A stretch of DNA of 64,000 bases, taken from positions 1,664,001 to 1,728,000 of the forward strand of contig CBDCXR010000004.1 of assembly GCA_965223845.1 (NCBI GenBank). Direction: 5' to 3'. The notes under the pieces are model-generated. The model worked only from the letters and a program-made list of their open reading frames with translations, was not told where the DNA came from and searched no databases. A program made the translations under genes and the position numbers. The DNA comes from Planctomycetota bacterium. GTDB lineage: Bacteria > Planctomycetota > UBA8108 > SXIK01. Positions 49,865 through 58,956 of the stretch are shown here, piece after piece (within the stretch, counting starts at the first letter, position 1; every line of letters begins with the position of its first letter).

Positions 49865-50379
49865 ACGAATTCCTTTCGAACCGAGGTTGAACCACCACGA
49901 CGGGCGGCCGCCGGAAACGAGGCCCGGACGGAATCTCCGCCGCTCGGGAACCGGGTCTCCTACTTGGAGACCTCGGCAGCGAACAGGACTTTGATCGATC
50001 TACGATTTCCCAACCTTCCGGCGAAGCTCGAAGCCGCCGCGCCACGCGCGCGGGCTGGAACTCGCCGTCAAATCCGAGTTAAGTTCCTATACGTTACCGA
50101 GATCCGGACGACAAGGGAAGGGAAAGCGCGCCGGTGGAGCTCCTTCGAGTGCACTCGAGAGAGGATCGTTGGCCGAGTCTCGGATCCGGGCTCGAGCGCG
50201 AGACGCGCTGGTCCGCCTTTTCTGTAAAATATATCGAGTAAAAGATTTGCGATTCACCTCCCGATTCTGACGGAGTCCGGGGGATTCGAACGAGACCAAC
50301 GGCGAGGCCAAGGACTGCTCGAAGAACGCCCGCGCGTAACGCCGCGCGGGACCCCGGCAGCGAGCTCGCGATCCGCCCC

Positions 50380-51534
50380 ATGAGATCGGAATTCCTTCCC
50401 TACACGAGGCCCACGATCGACGAGACGGACGTCGCAGCCGTCACCGACGCGCTCTGCTCCGGCTGGATCACGTCCGGGCCGCGCACGGGCGAGTTCGAAC
50501 GCCTCTTCGCCGCACGGGTCGGTGCGCCAGAGGCCATCGCCGTGAGCTCGGCCACCGCCGGTCTACACCTCACTCTCGCTGCGGCGGAGATCGGGCCCGG
50601 CGACGAGGTCGTCACTCCCTCCTTCACTTGGCCCGCGGCGGTGAACATGATCGAGCGAACGGGCGCGCGGCCGGTCTTCGCGGACATCGATCCCGACTCG
50701 CTGCAGCTCTCGGTGCCCGCGGTCTCCAGTTGCGTCGGTCCGCGAACGCGCCTCGTTCTGCCAGTGCATTTCGCGGGGAACGCCTGTGACCTCAGTGCTC
50801 TCAGAGAGCTCTGCCGATCCAGCGGCTGCGGCCTCCTCGAAGATGCCGCGCACGCGCTCGGCACCGAGTACGACGGCGCCCCGATCGGTTCGGGCGACGG
50901 GCTCGCGACCGTCTTCAGCTTCCACGCGGTCAAGAACATCACGACGGCCGAAGGCGGCATGGTCGTCACGCGCGACCGATCGCTCGCCGAGCGAATCCGC
51001 TCGCTTCGCTTCCACGGCGTCGACCACGACGCATGGCGAAGACACGGAGGTGGGAAGCCATCGTCCTACGATCTGTTCGAGCCCGGCTGGAAGTACAATT
51101 TGACGGACCTCGCCGCGGCGCTCGGCTGCGCGCAGCTCGAGCGTCTCGACCGCTTCGTCGAAGCGCGCGCGCGCCTCGCTCTCCGCTACGATGATGCTCT
51201 TCGCGATGTCGCGGGGATCTCGCTGCCGAGTGAAGGTTCCGGCTACGCGTCTCGCCACTCGTGGCACCTCTACGTCATCCGGATCCACGAGAGTGCTGGC
51301 GTCGATCGCGACGAGTTTCGCCGGCGACTCCGCGAGCGAAACATCGGCACCGGGCTGCACTACCCGGCCGTTCACGAGCTCACGTACTACCGGAGACGCT
51401 ATCCGGACGCGGGCCGATCACTTCCCGTGACCTCGGCGGTCGCCCGTTCGGTCGTCTCGCTTCCGCTCTTCCCAACGCTCACCGACGACGACGTGGATTC
51501 CGTGATCGTCGCCGTCCGCGAGGCGCTCGCGTGA
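50380..51534 (+). CDS. DegT/DnrJ/EryC1/StrS aminotransferase (ArnB-like)
   Basis: SGWITSGP, EDAAHALG, FSFHAVKNITTAEGG, KYNLTD. Confidence 0.92.
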   Translation: MRSEFLPYTRPTIDETDVAAVTDALCSGWITSGPRTGEFERLFAARVGAPEAIAVSSATAGLHLTLAAAEIGPGDEVVTPSFTWPAAVNMIERTGARPVFADIDPDSLQLSVPAVSSCVGPRTRLVLPVHFAGNACDLSALRELCRSSGCGLLEDAAHALGTEYDGAPIGSGDGLATVFSFHAVKNITTAEGGMVVTRDRSLAERIRSLRFHGVDHDAWRRHGGGKPSSYDLFEPGWKYNLTDLAAALGCAQLERLDRFVEARARLALRYDDALRDVAGISLPSEGSGYASRHSWHLYVIRIHESAGVDRDEFRRRLRERNIGTGLHYPAVHELTYYRRRYPDAGRSLPVTSAVARSVVSLPLFPTLTDDDVDSVIVAVREALA

Positions 51535-52487
51535 CGGGTCGATCCGGGTCAGAGCCGAGTCGCTCGCGCATTCTCGGTCTACGCGTCGATGTCTGCACTC
51601 ACCGCGGGCTGTACGACGGAGTTCCCGAGCTGCTCCGGCGGCTCGCTCGCGCGCGGGCGCGGGCGACGTTCTTCGTCGCGATGGGGCCCGATCGATCCGG
51701 TCGGGCGGCGCGGCGCGTCCTCACTCGACCGGGATTCCTCCGCAAGATGCTGCGGACCCGCGGGCTCGCGATGTACGGAGTGCGCACGGCGCTCTACGGG
51801 ACCGTCCTGCCGAGCCCGCTCGTCGGGTCGAGTGCAAGCGAGCTCCTCCGCGCGATCCGAGCGGGCGGTCACGAGCTCGGGATCCACTCGTGGGACCACG
51901 TGACGTGGCACGACCGACTCGACCGCTGGGGAGAGTGCGAGATCGCGGCCGACTATCGGGAGGCGAGCGTGGCGTTCGTGCGCGCGGCCGAGGAGTTTCC
52001 CGAAGCCTCCGCGGCGCCGGGATGGCTCGCATCGGCGGCCAGCCTTCGGGTGGGAGATGGTTACGGATTTCGTTACGCGAGCGACGTTCGCGGGGAAGCG
52101 CCGTTTCTCCCCGTTGTGAACGGCGAGGCGCTTCGGACGCCACAGGTTCCGGCGACGATGGCGACGCTCGACGAGGCCGTCGGCCGGGAGCGAATGACTG
52201 CGGAGGAGTTCTTCGCGGAGGCGCACGAGACCGTCGCAAGATCGGCGCGCCGCGAAGTGTTCACGGCGCACGCCGAGGCTGAGGGGCGATCGTACGCGCG
52301 TCCGTTCGAGCGCTGGCTGCGCCGGCTCGCATCGGTCGGGGTTGCGGTCGTTCCCCTCGGCGAGGTCCTCGACCGCGCCGACTCGCCGCTTCCCCATTTC
52401 GGCGTGGAGCGCTCGCTCGTGCCCGGGCGAGCCGGAGCCGTCTCGATTCAGGCGACGAGTGTTGCGCCGCGTCCTCAGACCGAGTAG
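51531..52487 (+). CDS. Polysaccharide deacetylase, ArnD-like deformylase
   Basis: GLRVDV.T.RG..GVP.L, ATFF..GPD.SGR, H.WDH..W, AAPGW, FT.HAE.EG. Confidence 0.85.
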   Translation: MTGRSGSEPSRSRILGLRVDVCTHRGLYDGVPELLRRLARARARATFFVAMGPDRSGRAARRVLTRPGFLRKMLRTRGLAMYGVRTALYGTVLPSPLVGSSASELLRAIRAGGHELGIHSWDHVTWHDRLDRWGECEIAADYREASVAFVRAAEEFPEASAAPGWLASAASLRVGDGYGFRYASDVRGEAPFLPVVNGEALRTPQVPATMATLDEAVGRERMTAEEFFAEAHETVARSARREVFTAHAEAEGRSYARPFERWLRRLASVGVAVVPLGEVLDRADSPLPHFGVERSLVPGRAGAVSIQATSVAPRPQTE

Positions 52488-52558
52488 TAACTCCACTGAC
52501 GCCCACGACGAGAGTGCTCGCGGTGGGCGGCGTAGCCTTCCGGCGAGGATGACCGGGA

Positions 52559-53824
52559 ATGCAAGTGGCTGAAGTGAAGACCGAGAGCTCGGGCGCGAAC
52601 GCCGAGCCAGCGCGAACTGGCGAGAGACGCGTCCGGACTTCGCGGGAGCTCGCTCTCTACGTCATACGGGGCGTCGGGAGCTACTCGCTCGTCGCGTTCA
52701 TCGTCCTCGGAACCGTGATGGGAGTCATCGGCACCGTCCGCGCGACGGAAAAGTTCGACGTCGATTTCCTGCTCATCCTCCCCGTTCTCGCGCGCGCAAT
52801 CGGGCAGGCGATGATTTACACCCTGCCCGTCTCGCTCCTCTTTGGGACGAGCCTCCTCGTGGGGAAGCTGCGCGCGGATCGCGAGCTGATCTCCTGTTAC
52901 AGCTTTGGGATTTCGCCGACCAAGCTCGCGGTTCCGGTCATCATTCTCGGCCTCGTTCTGAGTGCGATCTCCTATCCGATCAATAACTACCTCGTGCCCG
53001 AGTTTCGGTACCAGAACCGGAACATCGCGACCCTCATCATGGATCAGCTGCCGTACCTCGGTGAGGGGTGGGGGCTCGAGTTCAGTCAGGACTCGTACGA
53101 AATCTGGGTGGAGCGGCACGTCGGCGGCCATCTCGAGGGGATCTTCCTCGCGATCAAGGGCGAACGCGGTGAAGGACCGATCTCGAAGAGCGTCCTCGAA
53201 GATGTCGAGACGCCGACCTATCCCGTCTACCTCTTTGCCGAGCGCGGCCGAGTCGGAGTTCGGGATGGCAGCGATCGCGCCTACCGCATTCAGCTCGAAG
53301 GAGTGAGCGTGTTCGTCGACGGTGAGTTCTTCGATCGCGGGTCGCCGTCCGACTTCGTTCAGCGGGGATATCTGGCGTCGTGGACGTGGGAGATCCCGGC
53401 GGCGGACAAGTCGCACGGTACGAAGGACCTCGTCGGTCCCGCTCTCGCCGCGTTTCGCGTCGAGATGTACGAGCAGTGGAAGCGCTTCGAAGCGCGCGGC
53501 GACGCGGACACGAAGCGCGCGCGTCGAAAGTACTACTCCATCGTTCGCGAGCAGCACCGCCGCATCACGATCGCGCTCAGCTGCCTCACTTTCCCCCTGG
53601 CTGCGTTCGCGATCGGCATCTTCCTCACCTCCGGGAATCGCCTCCTGCCGTTCTTCGTCGCGAGCACGGTCGTTCCGGGGCTCTTCTTCGGTCTCGAGCT
53701 TTTCGGTGGAGGCCTCGCGCAACGCGGGATCGTGCCCGCGTTGACGGAGCAGCTCGGGAATCTCGCGCTCGTCGCGCTGGCGCTCGTCCTCTTCGCTCTC
53801 GAGACGCGGGGACCGCGTCGCTAG
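52559..53824 (+). CDS. LptF/LptG-family permease
   Basis: 3 TM + periplasmic beta domain + 3 TM; TLP.SLL......G.L.AD.EL....S.GIS. Confidence 0.85.
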   Translation: MQVAEVKTESSGANAEPARTGERRVRTSRELALYVIRGVGSYSLVAFIVLGTVMGVIGTVRATEKFDVDFLLILPVLARAIGQAMIYTLPVSLLFGTSLLVGKLRADRELISCYSFGISPTKLAVPVIILGLVLSAISYPINNYLVPEFRYQNRNIATLIMDQLPYLGEGWGLEFSQDSYEIWVERHVGGHLEGIFLAIKGERGEGPISKSVLEDVETPTYPVYLFAERGRVGVRDGSDRAYRIQLEGVSVFVDGEFFDRGSPSDFVQRGYLASWTWEIPAADKSHGTKDLVGPALAAFRVEMYEQWKRFEARGDADTKRARRKYYSIVREQHRRITIALSCLTFPLAAFAIGIFLTSGNRLLPFFVASTVVPGLFFGLELFGGGLAQRGIVPALTEQLGNLALVALALVLFALETRGPRR

Positions 53825-53865
53825 CTCGCGTTCGCAGAGTCAGTCTCCGCAGACCCGGTTCGCGG

Positions 53866-53894
53866 TTGGACTTCCACGCCGCGCGGGCGATAAT
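53866..53894 (+). promoter_or_regulatory. Putative sigma70 promoter upstream of acnA
   Basis: TTGGAC-N17-GATAAT. Confidence 0.5.
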
Positions 53895-54139
53895 GCCCAG
53901 CTTTCGCGCGGACTGGCGCCGCCCCCGGGGCAGCTCAGCTGACTCCTGTGGCTAGGACGACGTGCGCCGCCGGACGTGGTGGGAACGAACGGACGAGAAC
54001 GCGGACCGCAGGACCGGCAGGGTTTCGGCTCCGAGCGACGATCCGGCGGCACCTCCGAGCGTCCACCGATCGTCTCTCCGTCGCGAAGCCGACCCTAGTC
54101 AGCTAATGATCGCGCACGGGGCGACCCGAGGAGCTCGAG

Positions 54140-56923
54140 ATGTCGAAAGCTAAGGACCCCTTCGGAGCCTGGAGCTCCCTTGAGACGAGCGCCGGAAGCG
54201 TCTCCTACGTCGCCCTCGAGGCGATTCAGAAGGCGGGATTCACTGACGTTCCGACGCTCCCCTTCTCCATCAAGGTGCTGCTCGAGGCCGCGCTCCGCCA
54301 GGTGGACGACTTCCAGGTGCGCGTCGAGGACGTCGAATCGATCGCGCGCTGGGGCGGTGGCGCCGCGCCGGTCGAGATTCCGTTCAAGCCGGCGCGCGTC
54401 CTCATGCAGGACTTCACGGGCGTGCCGGCCGTCGTCGATCTGGCCGCTCTCCGAAGCGCGACCGCGCGTCTCGGCGGCGACCCGAACCGCATCAATCCGG
54501 TCGTTCCCGTCGATCTCGTGATCGATCATTCCGTTCAGGTCGACCGCTTCGGGTCGGCGGCCGCGCTCCTCTTCAACTCCGAGCGTGAGTTCGAGCGGAA
54601 CCGCGAGCGGTACGAGTTCCTCCGCTGGGGCGCCGAGGCCTTCGACAACTTTCAGGTCGTCCCGCCGGCGATGGGCATCGTCCACCAGGTGAACCTCGAA
54701 TACCTGGCGCGCGTCGTTCAGACACGGACGGTAGATGGAAAGGCCGTCGCGTTCCCGGACTCCCTCGTCGGCACCGATTCGCACACGACGATGATCAACG
54801 GCATCGGAGTCCTCGGGTGGGGAGTCGGAGGGATCGAAGCCGAAGCGGCGATGCTCGGCCAGCCGCTGTACATGCTGACCCCGGACGTCGTCGGTCTCCG
54901 GCTCGACGGAGAGCTCCCGGAGGGAGCGACCGCGACCGATCTCGTCCTCCTCGTCACCCAAGTTCTCCGCCAGCACGGAGTCGTCGGAAAGTTCGTCGAG
55001 TTTTTCGGCCCGGGCCTCTCCCGGCTCAGCCTCGCCGACCGTGCGACGCTCGCCAACATGGCACCGGAATACGGCGCGACGATGGGATTCTTCCCCGTCG
55101 ACGATGAAACGCTTCGTTACATGCGCGGCACGGGACGACCGGCGGAGCTGGTCGATCTCGTCGAGCGCTACACGAAAGCGCAGGGACTCTTCCACTCGAG
55201 CGCGTCGCCGGACCCGCGCTTCACCGACGTGGTCGCCGTCGACATGAGCGAGGTGGAGCCGGCGCTCGCGGGACCGCGGCGGCCGCAGGACCGCGTTTCT
55301 CTCTGGGCCATGAAGGACTCGTTCGAAAACGAGCTCGAGAGCACGTTCGGCTCGATCACGGGGCGCGGAAGCGGCTCCGGCGCCGGCGGGACCGCCACCG
55401 CGGTCGAGGCGGCGACGCGTACGAAAACGAAGGTGGGAACGCGCGAGGATCGTTACGCGTCGGCGCGCACACCGGTCGCCGTGCGCGGGACAGAGACGAC
55501 GCTCACCCACGGATCCGTCGTCATCGCCGCGATCACGAGCTGCACGAACACCTCGAACCCCTCGGTCATGATCGGTGCGGGGCTGCTCGCCAAGGCCGCT
55601 GTCGCACGCGGCCTCACGGTCCCGAAGCACGTGAAGACGAGCCTCGCACCGGGATCCCGCGTCGTGAAGGGCTATCTCGAGGGGGCCGGAGTCCTCCCCT
55701 ACCTCGAAGGCCTCGGCTTCCACGTCGTCGGCTACGGCTGTACGACCTGCATCGGAAACAGCGGACCCCTCGCCGAGCCGATCGCGAGCGCGATCAAGGA
55801 GAACGACCTCGTCGCCGCGGCGGTTCTCTCCGGCAATCGGAACTTCGAGGGCCGTGTCAATCCGCACGTGCGCGCGAACTACCTCGCTTCGCCGCCCCTC
55901 GTCGTCGCGTACGCGCTCGCGGGCACGGTCGACATCGACATGGGAAGTGAGCCCCTCGGGTTCGACGCGAACAGCGATCCGGTGTACCTCGCCGACATCT
56001 GGCCGTCCCAAGACGAGATTCGCCGCGCCGTCGAGGAGACCCTGAGTCCCGAAATCTTCGCGGCGGAGTACGGCAACGTGTTCCACGGCAACGAGCAGTG
56101 GAACTCGATCCCCGTCGAAGGCGGAGACCTCTACTCCTGGAGCGCGGAGTCGACGTACATTCAGGAGCCGCCGTTCTTCCAGGAGCTATCGGTCGACGAG
56201 CCGGATTCCGTCGCGATCCGCGGTGCGCGCGTGCTCGCGTTTCTGGGCGACTCCGTAACGACCGATCACATTTCACCGGCCGGTGCCATTCCTCCGGACG
56301 GTCCCGCGGGCAAGTACCTCGTCGAACACAACGTCGAGCGACGCGAGTTCAACTCGTTCGGCTCGCGTCGCGGAAACCACGAAGTCATGATGCGGGGGAC
56401 GTTCGCGAACATCCGGATCCGCAACCGACTCGTTCCGGGAGTCGAAGGCGGGTACACGAAGCACCTTCCGAGCGGCGACGAGCTCAGCATCTACGACGCG
56501 GCGATGCGCTACGCGAGTGAGGAAACTCCGCTCGTCGTCCTCGCCGGGAAGGAATACGGTACGGGAAGCTCGCGCGACTGGGCGGCGAAAGGAACCGTTC
56601 TTCTCGGCGTTCGCGCCGTCATCGCGGCGAGCTACGAGCGCATCCACAGGAGCAACCTCATCGGAATGGGGGTTCTCCCGCTCGAGTTTCTCCCGGGGGA
56701 GAGCGCCGACACGCACGGGCTCGACGGCTCCGAGACGATCGACGTTCTCGGGCTCGACGGCGACATCGAGCCGCGACAGGAAGCCGAGGTGCGCGCCGTG
56801 ACGCCGGACGGAAACGAACGGCGATTCAAGGTCCGTGTGCGCATCGACTCTCCGGTCGAAGTGAAGTACTACCGCAATCGCGGCATCCTCCACACGGTCC
56901 TCCGCGAGATGCTGCGAGGCTAG
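54140..56923 (+). CDS. acnA: Aconitate hydratase A
   Basis: [61 protein letters not shown]. Confidence 0.98.
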   Translation: MSKAKDPFGAWSSLETSAGSVSYVALEAIQKAGFTDVPTLPFSIKVLLEAALRQVDDFQVRVEDVESIARWGGGAAPVEIPFKPARVLMQDFTGVPAVVDLAALRSATARLGGDPNRINPVVPVDLVIDHSVQVDRFGSAAALLFNSEREFERNRERYEFLRWGAEAFDNFQVVPPAMGIVHQVNLEYLARVVQTRTVDGKAVAFPDSLVGTDSHTTMINGIGVLGWGVGGIEAEAAMLGQPLYMLTPDVVGLRLDGELPEGATATDLVLLVTQVLRQHGVVGKFVEFFGPGLSRLSLADRATLANMAPEYGATMGFFPVDDETLRYMRGTGRPAELVDLVERYTKAQGLFHSSASPDPRFTDVVAVDMSEVEPALAGPRRPQDRVSLWAMKDSFENELESTFGSITGRGSGSGAGGTATAVEAATRTKTKVGTREDRYASARTPVAVRGTETTLTHGSVVIAAITSCTNTSNPSVMIGAGLLAKAAVARGLTVPKHVKTSLAPGSRVVKGYLEGAGVLPYLEGLGFHVVGYGCTTCIGNSGPLAEPIASAIKENDLVAAAVLSGNRNFEGRVNPHVRANYLASPPLVVAYALAGTVDIDMGSEPLGFDANSDPVYLADIWPSQDEIRRAVEETLSPEIFAAEYGNVFHGNEQWNSIPVEGGDLYSWSAESTYIQEPPFFQELSVDEPDSVAIRGARVLAFLGDSVTTDHISPAGAIPPDGPAGKYLVEHNVERREFNSFGSRRGNHEVMMRGTFANIRIRNRLVPGVEGGYTKHLPSGDELSIYDAAMRYASEETPLVVLAGKEYGTGSSRDWAAKGTVLLGVRAVIAASYERIHRSNLIGMGVLPLEFLPGESADTHGLDGSETIDVLGLDGDIEPRQEAEVRAVTPDGNERRFKVRVRIDSPVEVKYYRNRGILHTVLREMLRG

Positions 56924-56924
56924 G

Positions 56925-57929
56925 GTGAGTTCCTCACCCGACTCGGTGAGTGAAGCAGCGAGCGAACCCGCGGAGAGTTCGCGAGACTCGTCGCTCGAGT
57001 GCCCCGCGCGACCGTCGCGGCTGGCGGCGCGAGTCGAGCTGCCGTGTCCCGTCGAGGAACGGTCGACGGGAAGCCTTCAGCGAGTCTGGATCTTGCCCGA
57101 GCACGCGGATTGGTATCGCGGTGCCGTGGGGGAGGCAAATCTCGCTCGTCCGCGATCGTCTACCCGCCACGTCGAGCTCGTTCAGTCGACGCGGAAGAGC
57201 ACGGTCTACCGGGGGGAGATCGGCGACGGCGCGAACTCGCGCGGCGTCTACATCAAAGAGGAGCCCTACGGAATCGTCGCCGGACTCACGCGCCTCGTCG
57301 CGACCAGTCGTACGCGGCGCGAATTCCGGAACCTCCTCCGACTTCACGCCGCCGATGTGCCGGCGGTCGAGCCCATAGCGTGCGCCGAGGAATCCACGGG
57401 GCCGCGTTTTCGCGCGAGCGTTCTCGTCACCGGAGAATTCGCGGGCGCGCCGAATCTCAAAGAGTGGGCGCGGACTGCACCGAGCCCCGAGGACGTCGAG
57501 GCGGTGGGAAAAGCTCTTCTCGGTTTCTCCCGTCAACTCGCCCGACTCCACTCGGCCCGGATTTTCGTACGATCGCTCTACGGGAAGAACATCCTCGTCC
57601 GCGTCGGCCGAGAGGCGGCTGAGCTCTGTCTCTGTGACGTCTCGCGCATGTGGGCGTGGCGGCCGAACGCGGGGAGCCGGCGGCTCGCGGTGTTCGATCT
57701 CGGCTGCCTCGGCAAGTGGGCGGAATCCGTGTACTCGCCGCGCGAGCGTCTCCGCTTCCTACGGGCGTATTTGCGCGAGCGCGGGGAGGCGGGGTCACTG
57801 CGGGAGTGGAGCGAGCGGGTCGCGCGAAAGTCGGCGTTTCTTCGCCACGAGACCCGCGCCGGTCGCCTCCGAAAGAAATTCCGGCGCTTTCTCAACCGCT
57901 ACGAGCTGAGGAAGTACTGGCCGTTCTGA
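56925..57929 (+). CDS. Lipopolysaccharide kinase-like protein (InaA/Kdo/WaaP family)
   Basis: VYIK, REFRNL..L....VP.VEP.A, LH...KNILV, RLRFLRAY. Confidence 0.75.
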   Translation: MSSSPDSVSEAASEPAESSRDSSLECPARPSRLAARVELPCPVEERSTGSLQRVWILPEHADWYRGAVGEANLARPRSSTRHVELVQSTRKSTVYRGEIGDGANSRGVYIKEEPYGIVAGLTRLVATSRTRREFRNLLRLHAADVPAVEPIACAEESTGPRFRASVLVTGEFAGAPNLKEWARTAPSPEDVEAVGKALLGFSRQLARLHSARIFVRSLYGKNILVRVGREAAELCLCDVSRMWAWRPNAGSRRLAVFDLGCLGKWAESVYSPRERLRFLRAYLRERGEAGSLREWSERVARKSAFLRHETRAGRLRKKFRRFLNRYELRKYWPF

Positions 57930-58041
57930 CGGAGATTTGCTACTCAACAGTCAGAAAACGAAGGAAGAGAGGAGCCGCGGCCGCCGGGTTTCTCGATGGG
58001 AAGCCCGGCGACCGAGGGTCGCCGCAACGCGAGAGAAGACG

Positions 58042-58734
58042 ATGGTGTCCGCCAGCGAACACACGCGACCGACGAAGCGCAATCGCTACTCCGAGAACCT
58101 ACGCCGCGCCGATCAAGCCGCGAGCTACAACACGAAGTACGAGCGCGAATTCCACAAGCGCCTTTCCGATTCGCGGGAAAAGCGACTCCTCGGAGAGATT
58201 CTGGAGACGATCGGTCGTCAGCCGACTCTCCTCGACGTACCCTGCGGCGCGGGTCGCCTTTCGGGCGTCCTGTCGCGCTACGCCGATCGCGTCTTCGAGG
58301 TGGACTACTCGCTCGAGATGGCGAAGCTCTGCCGGACGAACGCCGCCCAGCACGGTTACGAGCCCATTCTCGCGAACGCCTCCGCGCTCCAGCTGCCGTT
58401 TCCCGCGCGAAGCTTCGATCTCGTCGTGTCGATTCGACTCTCGCACCACTTTCCCGCGCGCGAAGAGAGACTCCAGCACATCGAAGAGCTTCTCCGCGTC
58501 TCCCGCCGGTTCGTGCTCGTTACGTTCTTCGGGACGGAGAGCCTCAAAAACCGCCTTCGCCGGCTCAAGATCAAGCTCGGCTCGAAGAAGCGCGGGAAGT
58601 ACACGCTTCACCACGACGAAGTTCGCGCCACCGCGGCCGCCGCCGGGTTCGACTTCGTCCGGTCCTGGCCGCTCGCGCATTTCTTCAGCGGCCACTACTT
58701 CGCCCTGCTTGAGCGGCGGGACGGGACGAGATAG
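58042..58734 (+). CDS. Class I SAM-dependent methyltransferase
   Basis: LLDVPCGAGR, DYS.EM, LPFP..SFD.V.S.RL.HH. Confidence 0.92.
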   Translation: MVSASEHTRPTKRNRYSENLRRADQAASYNTKYEREFHKRLSDSREKRLLGEILETIGRQPTLLDVPCGAGRLSGVLSRYADRVFEVDYSLEMAKLCRTNAAQHGYEPILANASALQLPFPARSFDLVVSIRLSHHFPAREERLQHIEELLRVSRRFVLVTFFGTESLKNRLRRLKIKLGSKKRGKYTLHHDEVRATAAAAGFDFVRSWPLAHFFSGHYFALLERRDGTR

Positions 58735-58956
58735 CGTCGCGGCCGCGGTCGTCGATCGATCGGGCGCAATCCGCGGGTCCGCGCGGACTCAGTTCGCACT
58801 CGGCTCCTCGCGCGGAGGCGAAGTTTCGGGCGGCGGGGCGTTGGGGACCGTGATCGTGATCAGCGCGACGGTTTCGCCGAGACTCGGAACGGGTCGAAGC
58901 ATATAGCCCGACCTCTCGGCCTTCGTCGTTATCTCGGCGAGGGCCTTAGGGATCTC

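Noticed and set aside
50090-50200. Cobalamin-riboswitch-like AGGGAA...CCGGTG
   Set aside because: The downstream conserved elements (CCCGCAACTGT, B12 box) are missing and the gene context is unsuitable.
55360-55460. Gly/Thr-rich insert in AcnA as an intein or novel domain
   Set aside because: Short, lies in a known variable linker, and has no intein motifs.
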